The notes under the pieces: model-generated | Database searches by the model: none | Told to the model about the DNA's origin: nothing | What the model saw: the letters and a program-made list of their open reading frames with translations, nothing else | Translations under genes and position numbers: made by a program | Source of the DNA: Prevotellaceae bacterium UBA2718 | GTDB taxonomy: Bacteria > Bacteroidota > Bacteroidia > Bacteroidales > Bacteroidaceae | Length of the DNA stretch: 36,844 nucleotides | Direction of reading: 5' to 3' | NCBI GenBank assembly: GCA_002353975.1 | Contig: DEKQ01000038.1 | Location: 18,260 to 55,103 of the forward strand | Shown here: positions 17,829 through 26,005 of the stretch, in pieces | Position numbering within the stretch: position 1 is the first letter of the stretch | How the letters are laid out: every line of letters begins with the position of its first letter

Positions 17829-20006
17829 TCATTGCAGGTATTCGGGCAGGGGGATGCCTTTCTCCTCGGCACGCTTCTGGTTGCGGTTGCGAATGTCCTT
17901 CTTCTTCTCACCCTTCTGCTTGGTCAGCTTGCCGGGCTTTTGCCGGTAGAGGGGTGTTTCGGAGAGGTTCCACGTCTTGGTGATGTCCCATTTCTCCTTC
18001 AGCTCCACCTCCTTCGGGTAGTAAAAGACCTCCTCGGGCTGCTGGTCAATGTAATAGTCTCCTGTGTCCCACCGTCCGTTGCCGTTGCGGTCCATGAAGG
18101 CACGCATGTAGTATTTGCCGCCCTTGAGGTAGTATAGCTCTGCCGTTCCTTTCTCTACTACGGCTGACCTCTCTACCCTGTCATTGCTGTCAAGCAGCTG
18201 TACCACCACCTGCGTCTTGTCCTCCTCCGGCTTTGCGGATGCGGCTGACGGTATGCCGTTGACATTGACAAACAGTGACGAATATGATTCCAGCGTCGCC
18301 ACGCGGATGCCGGACTTGTAGGGGTCTGACGTGAGGCCGTAGATATCCTCAAATGCCAGCGTGTCAACCTCAAGGGAGTAGTTGGCTCCCGGTATCCATT
18401 CAGTGAACAGTTCCCACTCGCGGCTGAGGTTTTGCTTCGGGTTCTCACCCAGATAAGGCAGTCTTTTCTCTACCGGCAGGAAGAAGAACTGCGTACGGAA
18501 CCATGTGGAATCCTGCTCCACGTACAGGTGTACCGCAGAGGTGTCTATGCGCGCCATCGGCGTGGGGAATGTGATGTGTACTATTCCGTCAGGCGCCATG
18601 GATGACTGCACGTCGAAATTGACCTTCAGCCTCTTCGGTGCCGGCAAGGTGTCAAGCGGCTCCAGGTCCCATTCCTCCTCGGGAACCTCTTCCCTGCGCA
18701 GGCGGGAGATGGTCTTCTCGCGCGACTTCTTGCGTTTCTCAACCTCTTTCTGCCACTCCTCCTGCTGCCTTGCACGCTCCTTCAGGCGCTTCTCCAAGCT
18801 CGTCTTGGGTAGCAGTTCCAGCGTGTCGGTCTGCAGCTGCAGCACTCCCAGCGTGTCGGTGACAAGGGTTGTCACCTCCACCTGCAGCGAGTCTGTCTCC
18901 ACCAGCGTGCTGTCTTTTATCCAGTAGGTGATGGTATCGCCATGCTCCGACGGCTCTACTACGAGCTGCTCGTCGGTGTCGAAGTTCAGTCCGCGCAGTG
19001 TGGGCAGGGCCGTCAGCCGTGGTCCGTTATATGCCTGCAGTGCCGCTTTCGCCGCGCTGTCAGTGCGGGCATAGTAGGCATCTATGCTGTCCTTGCTCAG
19101 GCCGGCGGTATAGAAGAACGTGAAATGGTCCGTCTCCTGCCTCTCCGACTTCAGGAAATAGCGCTCCGTCATAGAGTGTGTGAAGGCTCTGAGTACTATG
19201 TCATCGGGCTTGTAGTGAGTGTATGGCACCCTGATGATGTCCTTGATGTGCAGCGTGTCGCTCCAGATGGTGTCCTGCCTGATGTCGGGGAAGGACGATG
19301 GCACGAACACATCGTGCGAGAAAGCCATCTGTTCGCCTCGCTGCGTGAAGCGCGAGTCACCGTCCATGTCCATCACGGCACCTGCGGTGTATTTGCCCGG
19401 AGCCACACCACGTATGATGAAATGACCGTAGCTGTCGGTGCGTGACACGCGGACGAAGGCGGTGTCCCGCCCCTGGTTCAGGCTGTCCTTGGGGAAGAGG
19501 CCCACCAATATGCCCTTCACCGGCTCCAGGTCTTCGGCATTCAGCACATAGCCCTCCACGGCCAACGTGTCGATATGGTCGCCGGTGGAGAAGCTGTAGG
19601 TGTAACTCTCCATTGAGTTGCCTTCGTTGTTGTCGCTTATGGCGTCAGAGAAATCTATGGTATAGGTGGTGTTTGCCTGCAGCGTGTCAAGTAGCCGGAT
19701 ATTGATGAAGCGTCCGTGCGCCTTGATATCGGGCGTCTCTTTCTGCGGCGGAGAGAAGACAACCTTCTCCGCTACGTTGTCCACCTTGATGAATTCATCA
19801 AACTCTATGCGTATCTTCCGGCTGTTGACGTTCACCTCCCTGTCTGCCGGATAGGTGGCTACGACGTGCGGAGGCACCTCGTCATACCACCCGCCGTCGG
19901 GTGCTCCCATGCGTGCGCAGGATGTAACGGCCAGCTGACACACCACCGCCACAACTGCCAGGGGCAGCAGGCGGACAAGACGGGATATGCACGGTTTGTT
20001 ATTCAT
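17829..20006 (-). CDS. Ig-like (Big_5) domain lipoprotein, conserved Bacteroidetes type
   Basis: Lipobox VTS-CARMGAPDGGWYDE.PP, then FDEFIK, LQANTTYTIDFSDAISDNNEGN and D.NGNGRWDTGDY..QPE. Confidence 0.85.
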   Translation of the reverse strand: MNNKPCISRLVRLLPLAVVAVVCQLAVTSCARMGAPDGGWYDEVPPHVVATYPADREVNVNSRKIRIEFDEFIKVDNVAEKVVFSPPQKETPDIKAHGRFINIRLLDTLQANTTYTIDFSDAISDNNEGNSMESYTYSFSTGDHIDTLAVEGYVLNAEDLEPVKGILVGLFPKDSLNQGRDTAFVRVSRTDSYGHFIIRGVAPGKYTAGAVMDMDGDSRFTQRGEQMAFSHDVFVPSSFPDIRQDTIWSDTLHIKDIIRVPYTHYKPDDIVLRAFTHSMTERYFLKSERQETDHFTFFYTAGLSKDSIDAYYARTDSAAKAALQAYNGPRLTALPTLRGLNFDTDEQLVVEPSEHGDTITYWIKDSTLVETDSLQVEVTTLVTDTLGVLQLQTDTLELLPKTSLEKRLKERARQQEEWQKEVEKRKKSREKTISRLRREEVPEEEWDLEPLDTLPAPKRLKVNFDVQSSMAPDGIVHITFPTPMARIDTSAVHLYVEQDSTWFRTQFFFLPVEKRLPYLGENPKQNLSREWELFTEWIPGANYSLEVDTLAFEDIYGLTSDPYKSGIRVATLESYSSLFVNVNGIPSAASAKPEEDKTQVVVQLLDSNDRVERSAVVEKGTAELYYLKGGKYYMRAFMDRNGNGRWDTGDYYIDQQPEEVFYYPKEVELKEKWDITKTWNLSETPLYRQKPGKLTKQKGEKKKDIRNRNQKRAEEKGIPLPEYLQ

Positions 20007-20015
20007 AATGACCTG

Positions 20016-21551
20016 TCATAGGGGATGCGACACCGTCACATCCATAATCTCTTCTATATGCTTGCGGGTGTTGGCCAGACGCGGCACCTTGTGCTGTCCG
20101 CCGAGCTTGCCTTTGGACTTCAGCCAGTCGTCAAACTGCCCCTTGCGGGCCTTGACTATCTGCAGGCGCACCATGTTGATGTCCTTGTAGCGCTTGGCTT
20201 CATAGTCGCTGTTCAGCTCCTGCAGGCGGCGGTCCAGCAGGTCGGCAAAGGCATTCAGGTCCTCGGGCTCACGACTGAACTCTATGAGCCACTGGTGATG
20301 GGGCGTCACACCCTCGCTGCGGAACACCGGCGCGGCGGTGTATTCCCTCACTTCTGCCCCCGTCTGCTGACATGCGTACTGCAAGCCGCGCTCCGCATTA
20401 TCCACTATCAGCTCCTCGCCAAAGGCGTTGATGAAGCTCTTTGTGCGTCCGGTGATGATGAATTTATAGGGCCTGACGCTGGTGAAGCGCACCGTGTCGC
20501 CTATCATGTAGCGCCACAGTCCGCAGGATGTGGAGATGATCATGGCGTAGTTCTTGCCCGTCTCCACCCCGCTGAGCGGCACCACCAGGCTTTCATCCTT
20601 CAGCTGCCCGCTCTCGTCCACGGCCTCCATAGGGGCAAACTCATAATAGACGCCATAGTCCAGCATCAGCATCATGGCGGGATCGGTGGCGTCGTTCTGT
20701 ATGCCGAAGAAGCCCTCGGAGGCATTGTAGGTCTCCATGTAGTGCATGTCGGGCTTCGTGATGAGCGCCTCGTACGCCTTGCGGTAGGGCGTGAAGGCTA
20801 TGCCGCCGTGGAAGAACACCTCCAGATTGGGCCACACGTCCTCTAAGTGCTGCTTGCCGCTGAGCTCCATGACCCTTGTGAGCACCGACATCATCCACGA
20901 CGGCACGCCGCTGAGGTTGGTGACATTGGCCTTGAGACATTGCCGCGCTATCTTCTCGCGCTTCTCCTCAAAGTCGCTGATGAGGGCCGTCCGTTTGTCG
21001 GGCACACGCACAAGGTTTACCAGCGGGTTGATGTTCTCTATCAGTATGGCCGACAGGTCGCCCACGAGCGAGCCAGCCACGTTGTAGTTGGGGCTGTGCG
21101 AACCGCCGAGTATCAGCGCACGGCCATCGAAGAGGCGCGACTTGGGATTGTTCTGCAGGTACCACACCACCACGTCGGTACCGCCCGCGTAGTGTATGTC
21201 CTGCAGGCCTTCACTGCTCACGGGGATGAACTTCGACTTGTCGTTGGTCGTGCCGCTGGACTTGGCATACCACTTCACCCGTCCCGGCCACAGCACATCC
21301 TTCTCGCCGTGGCGCATACGGTCGATGTAGCCCTTCAGCTCTTCGTAGGTGTTCACCCCTACCCTCTTGCGAAACATCTCGTAACTGTCACCGGCACTGA
21401 AGCCGCGCTCGCTGCCGTACAGAGTCTGCGCACCCTTCTTCAGGAGACGGCGAAGCACCCGATCCTGCAGTTCCTCTGGTCGGGTGAAGTGTTGTTCCAA
21501 CTGCCGCTGGCGAAGCCGGAACACCAATTGTGCTATGGATGTAATGCCCAT
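20016..21551 (-). CDS. GH3 auxin-responsive promoter family protein (acyl-adenylate-forming fold)
   Basis: Motifs AKSSGTTNDKSKFIP, ETYNASEGFFG, GLWRYMIGDTV, GRTKSFINAFGEE and GKLGGQHKVPRL. Confidence 0.92.
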   Translation of the reverse strand: MGITSIAQLVFRLRQRQLEQHFTRPEELQDRVLRRLLKKGAQTLYGSERGFSAGDSYEMFRKRVGVNTYEELKGYIDRMRHGEKDVLWPGRVKWYAKSSGTTNDKSKFIPVSSEGLQDIHYAGGTDVVVWYLQNNPKSRLFDGRALILGGSHSPNYNVAGSLVGDLSAILIENINPLVNLVRVPDKRTALISDFEEKREKIARQCLKANVTNLSGVPSWMMSVLTRVMELSGKQHLEDVWPNLEVFFHGGIAFTPYRKAYEALITKPDMHYMETYNASEGFFGIQNDATDPAMMLMLDYGVYYEFAPMEAVDESGQLKDESLVVPLSGVETGKNYAMIISTSCGLWRYMIGDTVRFTSVRPYKFIITGRTKSFINAFGEELIVDNAERGLQYACQQTGAEVREYTAAPVFRSEGVTPHHQWLIEFSREPEDLNAFADLLDRRLQELNSDYEAKRYKDINMVRLQIVKARKGQFDDWLKSKGKLGGQHKVPRLANTRKHIEEIMDVTVSHPL

Positions 21552-21559
21552 TTGGGGTG

Positions 21560-21567
21560 CAAAGATA
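21560..21567 (-). promoter_or_regulatory. -7 promoter element (TATCTTTG) 8 nt upstream of the GH3 start codon
   Basis: Minus strand reads TATCTTTG-CACCCCAA-ATG. Confidence 0.65.
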
Positions 21568-21573
21568 GTAAAA

Positions 21574-21790
21574 ATAATTCATAATGCACAATGCATGGTT
21601 CATAATTACACAACAATTTACATAAAAAGTGTAAATTATGCATTGTAAATCGTGAATTATTTCAAGTTTCGGAAGTTGATAAAACGGCCTGCGCTCGGCC
21701 CTAAGGGACGCTTGCGTAGAGCATCGGAGCAAGAAAGGCCACACTTCCGAAACTTCAATGAATTATGAACTATGCATTATGAATTGCATC
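21574..21790. repeat. Composite palindromic intergenic element (AT-rich heptamer arms around a 13-bp inverted repeat and GC-rich core)
   Basis: AATTCATAATGCA..TTCATAATT (21576-21607) is mirrored by AATTATGAACTATGCATTATGAATT (21761-21785). AAGTTTCGGAAGT (21664-21676) and ACTTCCGAAACTT (21743-21755) form a perfect inverted repeat. Confidence 0.65.
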
Positions 21791-21923
21791 TTGAACTATC
21801 ACAGCAGCCGCTGCAGGAGTCTTTGCAGCAACTTTTCTTGCCGCTTCCCTTGATGACATAACGCCCCACCACGATGAAGAGCCCCACCACGAGGGCAAGC
21901 AATATGTAGCTTACGGCGTTCAT
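21777..21923 (-). CDS. FeoB-associated Cys-rich small membrane protein (48 aa)
   Basis: Hand translation MNAVSYILLALVVGLFIVVGRYVIKGSGKKSCCKDSCSGCCDSSRCNS. One transmembrane segment plus a Cys cluster, with an ATGA overlap on the feoB stop. Confidence 0.85.
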   Translation of the reverse strand: MNAVSYILLALVVGLFIVVGRYVIKGSGKKSCCKDSCSGCCDSSRCNS

Positions 21924-24307
21924 AGCAGTGCGATGTTATAGACTATAAACGCCACGATATATGCTATTATACACTGCGCCACGACAACCGCCACGGCATC
22001 GCGGCCTCCCAGTTCGCGCTTCACCGTTGCTATGGCAGCCACGCAAGGGGTGTAGAGCAGGCAGAAGACAAGGAAGGAAATCACCGATGGAATGGACAAA
22101 ATCTGCGTCAGAACCACCCCTTCGCCGAAGAGAACGGTGATGGTGCTCACCACGCTCTCCTTTGCCAGGAAGCCCCCGACGAGCGATGTGGCCAAGCGCC
22201 AGTCATCGAAGCCCAGCGGACGGAACACCGGAGCAACGACGGAAGCCACCTGCCCGAGTATGCTCTGAGCCGAATCATCCACCATGTCAAGCCTGAAGGA
22301 GAATGTCTGGAGGAACCATATCACTATCGTAGCGAGGAAAATGACGGTGAACGCCCGCTGCAGGAAGTCGCTGGTCTTCTCCCACAGCAGCAGCATCGTG
22401 GTCTTCATGCCCGGCATTCTATAGTTCGGCAGCTCCATGACAAACGGCACCGGCTCGCCCTTGAAAGCCGTGCGCTTCAGGCACAGCGCTACGATGATGC
22501 CGGTCAGGATGCCCAGCAGGTATAGTCCGGACATGACCCAGGCGGCCTGTCCGGGGAAGAAGGCGGCGCAGAAGAAGGCGTATATGGGCAGCTTGGCGGT
22601 GCATGACATGAACGGTGTCAGCATTATCGTAAGCCTGCGGTCGCGCTCCGACGGCAGCGTGCGGCTCGACATGATGGCGGGCACGGAGCATCCGAAGCCC
22701 ATCAGCAACGGCACAATGCTGCGGCCCGACAGTCCAAGGCGGCGCAACAGCTTGTCCATGACAAACGCTATGCGTGCCATGTAGCCCGAATCCTCCATCA
22801 TGGAGAGGAAGAAGAAGAGTATCACGATGATGGGCACGAAGCTTGCCACCGTCCCGCAACCGGCATATACGCCGTCGATGATGAGCGAGCGCACTGTGTC
22901 GTTCACATCCCAGGAGCGCATGGCAGAGTCGCTCAGGTCCGTAAACCACGCTATGGCATCCTCAAGCCATCCCTGCATGGTGCCGCCAAGGATGTCGAAC
23001 GTCAGCCAGAATATCATCGCCATGACCGCGATGAATACGGGCAAGGCAGTCCATCGGCCCGTCAGTATCCTGTCTATCCGCTCTGAGCGCAGGCTCTCCC
23101 GGCTCACATGCGGACGCACAACAGTCCTTTCGCACAGGCGGTTGATGAACGCATAGCGCATGTCGGCAATGGCTGCGGCACGGTCCAGGCCGCGCTCCTC
23201 CTCCATCTGACACACGATGTGCTCTATGCTCTCAAGCTCATTCTCAGTCAGCTGCAGCTTTTCCTCCACCAGACTGTCGCCCTCCACCAGCTTTGTGGCA
23301 GCGAATCGCAGCGGTATGTTGGCACGCTGCGCATGGTCCTCAATGAAGTGCATAATGGCGTGCAGGCATCTGTGCACCGCTCCGCCGTTCTCATCGGGCA
23401 GGCAGAAGTCTTGGCGCACGGGTGTCTCCTGATACTTCGCCACGTGCAGGGCGTGCTCTATCAGCTCCTCCACACCCTCGTTCCTGCTGGCCGAGATAGG
23501 CACCACAGGCATACCGAGCAGCTGCTCCATCTCGTTCACCTTCACCGTGCCGCCGTTGCCGGTCAGCTCGTCCATCATGTTCAGGGCCAGCACCATAGGC
23601 ACGTTCAGCTCCATCAGCTGCATCGTGAGGTAGAGATTGCGCTCCATGTTCGTTGAGTCAACGATGTTGATGATGCCGTGGGGATGTGACTGATTCAGGA
23701 AATTGCGGCTCACCACCTCCTCGCTCGTGTATGGCGAGAGGGAGTATATGCCCGGCAAGTCGGTCACTTCGCTGTTCAAATGACCGCGAATGGTGCCGGT
23801 CTTGCGATCCACGGTGACGCCGGGGAAGTTGCCTACATGCTGATTGGCGCCGGTCAGCTGGTTGAAGAGTGTCGTCTTTCCGCAGTTCTGATTGCCCACC
23901 AGCGCAAACGAAAGCACTGTTCCCTCAGGCAGCGGGTGCTCGTGCTTAGGGTCATGATACTTGCCGCCCTCGCCCAGTCCCGGGTGATGCAGGGGCAGAA
24001 TATCCCTCCTGCTCGCCTCATTAGCGGCCTGAGACTGAGCATCTTCTTCTGACAAAGCGACGTGAGACACGTCGCCTCCTACTTGCAGAGGCTCCACCGT
24101 AATGCTCTCCGCATCGGTCCGGCGCAGCGTCAGCGTATATCCATGCAGCACCAACTGCATCGGGTCGCCCATAGGGGCAAACTTCTCAAGCCTCACCACC
24201 GCACCGGGTATAAGGCCCATGTCAAGGATATGCTGCCTCAACGCGCCGCTGCCGCCAACGGCTGTCACCCTGGCTGACTCTCCTATTTTAATATCACTGA
24301 GCTTCAT
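21920..24307 (-). CDS. feoB: Ferrous iron transporter FeoB with N-terminal FeoA domain
   Basis: FeoA part LDMGLIPG..APMGDP. GTPase motifs GNQNCGKT, GNFPGVTV, DLPG and NMMD. Gate motifs GFGCSVPA, PFMSCTAK and LYTPCVA. Confidence 0.97.
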   Translation of the reverse strand: MKLSDIKIGESARVTAVGGSGALRQHILDMGLIPGAVVRLEKFAPMGDPMQLVLHGYTLTLRRTDAESITVEPLQVGGDVSHVALSEEDAQSQAANEASRRDILPLHHPGLGEGGKYHDPKHEHPLPEGTVLSFALVGNQNCGKTTLFNQLTGANQHVGNFPGVTVDRKTGTIRGHLNSEVTDLPGIYSLSPYTSEEVVSRNFLNQSHPHGIINIVDSTNMERNLYLTMQLMELNVPMVLALNMMDELTGNGGTVKVNEMEQLLGMPVVPISASRNEGVEELIEHALHVAKYQETPVRQDFCLPDENGGAVHRCLHAIMHFIEDHAQRANIPLRFAATKLVEGDSLVEEKLQLTENELESIEHIVCQMEEERGLDRAAAIADMRYAFINRLCERTVVRPHVSRESLRSERIDRILTGRWTALPVFIAVMAMIFWLTFDILGGTMQGWLEDAIAWFTDLSDSAMRSWDVNDTVRSLIIDGVYAGCGTVASFVPIIVILFFFLSMMEDSGYMARIAFVMDKLLRRLGLSGRSIVPLLMGFGCSVPAIMSSRTLPSERDRRLTIMLTPFMSCTAKLPIYAFFCAAFFPGQAAWVMSGLYLLGILTGIIVALCLKRTAFKGEPVPFVMELPNYRMPGMKTTMLLLWEKTSDFLQRAFTVIFLATIVIWFLQTFSFRLDMVDDSAQSILGQVASVVAPVFRPLGFDDWRLATSLVGGFLAKESVVSTITVLFGEGVVLTQILSIPSVISFLVFCLLYTPCVAAIATVKRELGGRDAVAVVVAQCIIAYIVAFIVYNIALL
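24057..24082 (-). repeat. GTAG-type REP unit inside the feoAB coding sequence
   Basis: Exact 26/26 reverse complement of the intergenic unit at 13948-13973. It encodes VGGDVSHVA in the FeoA-FeoB linker. Confidence 0.9.
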
Positions 24308-24330
24308 CTTTCATGTTTTTCTTCAGGCTG

Positions 24331-24338
24331 CAAAGTTA
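24331..24338 (-). promoter_or_regulatory. -7 promoter element (TAACTTTG) for feoAB
   Basis: TAnnTTTGCA about 24 nt upstream of ATG 24307. Confidence 0.7.
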
Positions 24339-24499
24339 GCAAAACATTCTGACAGCAGCAAACGAACGCCTCGCAAAAGCAGGAAAACAACGATAAATTA
24401 CCTAAAAGTGATGAATGGAACAGTATAAAAGCAAGCACCCCACACCCGACATTCAATGTTTTTTTACACCATAATGCATGGTAATTAAAAATAAAATCG

Positions 24500-24507
24500 T
24501 AACTTTG
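24500..24507 (+). promoter_or_regulatory. -7 promoter element (TAACTTTG) for the GNAT TA operon
   Basis: TAnnTTTGCA 43 nt upstream of ATG 24551. Confidence 0.7.
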
Positions 24508-24550
24508 CACCCAGAGAGTTTTTAACAAAATACGAAAAGGAGACACAACT

Positions 24551-24733
24551 ATGGCAATACCGGTAACCAACATACCCGTACTGACAGGCGAGGTGGCCGA
24601 ACGCTTCATCGAGCAGTGTGAGTACAATGCCAAGCATCTGGCAGGCTCGGAATGGAGTCAGGAGCGCGAGGACAGGTTTAATAGAATCATGGAGCGCTCT
24701 CTGAAACTGCAACGTAAACTTGGGGTTAGATGA
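24551..24733 (+). CDS. Small putative antitoxin partner of the GNAT protein
   Basis: 60 aa beginning MAIPVTNIPVLTGEVAERFI, with an ATGA overlap on the GNAT gene. Confidence 0.75.
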   Translation: MAIPVTNIPVLTGEVAERFIEQCEYNAKHLAGSEWSQEREDRFNRIMERSLKLQRKLGVR

Positions 24734-25335
24734 CACTCGACGATCTCGACTTTCTGCCTCAGGGGACACCTGGGCTGAACATTCAGGCTTTCGACTGCGG
24801 TCGGAAGTCTGTGAATGATTTCTTCCACAATGAGGCGCAGGACTATCAGGACGAGCTCTTTGGCAAGACCTACTATTGGGTGCTGCCCGATAGCCCGTCA
24901 GACATTGTGGCTGGTTTCACCGTAGCCAATGCCAGCATCTTCACCAAGCGGTTGCCCAATGCCCGTCAGAAGAAGATAGGCCGCGAGGTTCACCACGAGA
25001 AGGGGCTTATCAATTACCCCTCCATCCTACTTGCCCAGTTGGGCGTTGACCTTAAATATAAAGGGTTCCACCTTGGTCCACAAATCATCGATTTCGTTAT
25101 GGATTGGTTTACTTCGCCTGACAACAAGTCCGGCTGTCGCCATCTTATTGTCGATGCATACGACGAGCCGCATCTGCTGGAGTTCTACCAACGTAACGGC
25201 CTCAACCTTTTCTTCTCTTCGCTTGAACAGGAAATGGAATACCGCAATTGGGATATGAAAAAAGACGGTCGGCTGGAAACCCGCTTAATGTTCCGTGACA
25301 TGATTCTGCTAAAACGACCAACTATTAGGAAATAA
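24730..25335 (+). CDS. GNAT family N-acetyltransferase, putative TA toxin (TacT/AtaT-like)
   Basis: Motifs FDCG..VNDFF, YPSILLAQLGVD..YKG..LG and GCRHLIVDAY...FYQRNG, typical of GNAT toxins. Confidence 0.85.
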   Translation: MTLDDLDFLPQGTPGLNIQAFDCGRKSVNDFFHNEAQDYQDELFGKTYYWVLPDSPSDIVAGFTVANASIFTKRLPNARQKKIGREVHHEKGLINYPSILLAQLGVDLKYKGFHLGPQIIDFVMDWFTSPDNKSGCRHLIVDAYDEPHLLEFYQRNGLNLFFSSLEQEMEYRNWDMKKDGRLETRLMFRDMILLKRPTIRK

Positions 25336-25349
25336 CATCAGGAACAATC

Positions 25350-25397
25350 CATGGAGCCTGCATCAGTAACTTATACGGTGCAGGCTCCATGTTTTTT
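25350..25397 (+). terminator. Intrinsic terminator of the GNAT TA operon
   Basis: CATGGAGCCTGCATC...GGTGCAGGCTCCATG followed by TTTTTT. Confidence 0.85.
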
Positions 25398-25563
25398 CTC
25401 TCCGTTTGTGGTGGCTATGCCGCGAATAATCCCTGCTGGATGTCATTTCTGACGGGCATTTCTTGCTGTTCCGCTTACCTCTATACTTGCCGTTAACCTG
25501 GACATATTCGGGTAAAATTTGATTTTTTTCTATTAATCATGCACGGATATGCTAACTTTTTTG

Positions 25564-25571
25564 TATTTTTG
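25564..25571 (+). promoter_or_regulatory. -7 promoter element (TATTTTTG) for leader B and the LRR gene
   Basis: TAnnTTTGCA about 75 nt before the structured element and about 435 nt before the ATG. Confidence 0.65.
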
Positions 25572-25645
25572 CAGCAGATTTCAGGCTTGTAGCAATGATG
25601 CCCATTGAGGTGGGCGGAGCTGTAGGACTGGACACTACATAATGG

Positions 25646-25902
25646 AAAAGCGTCACATAATGCTTTGTCGATTGGCTGATTGAAATTACCACTGACAATT
25701 GAGTGCCAAAGACAACGCAGAGTATGATGTCACGGGTATGCTGCATGTATTCCCGTTGTGTGCTTGAAGGCTGACTACGCCTTCATAGCACACTTACGGG
25801 TTATTGGCAATACGTTACGTGGGTATCACTCTGTTCGTCAGCACTCAAGGCTGTGGTAGGCCTCAATCAGCAGATGAACCGAAGGTGGATACCCACGTTT
25901 TT
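25646..25902 (+). ncRNA. Putative structured leader RNA, copy B (family unassigned)
   Basis: Nested stems GCTGATTGA/TCAATCAGC, TACCAC/GTGGTA, TTGAGTGC/GCACTCAA, CAGAGT/ACTCTG, TCACG/CGTGG, CCCGT/ACGGG, GTGTGCT/AGCACAC, TGAAGGC/GCCTTCA. Closing pair AAAAGCGT/ACGTTTTT. Alternative perfect 11-bp pair 25817-25827 with 25888-25898. Confidence 0.72.
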
Positions 25903-26005
25903 GTTGTGTGGCTAAAGAAACTCAACTTTATAAAAATAACATGAAATAGGATAAACTTCTTCTATTTCTACAAACTGTATTACAAACAAATTAAAATTAA
26001 AGACT

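Noticed and set aside
20025-21584. 273-aa and 245-aa plus-strand ORFs
   Set aside because: Antisense shadows of the GC-rich GH3-family gene.
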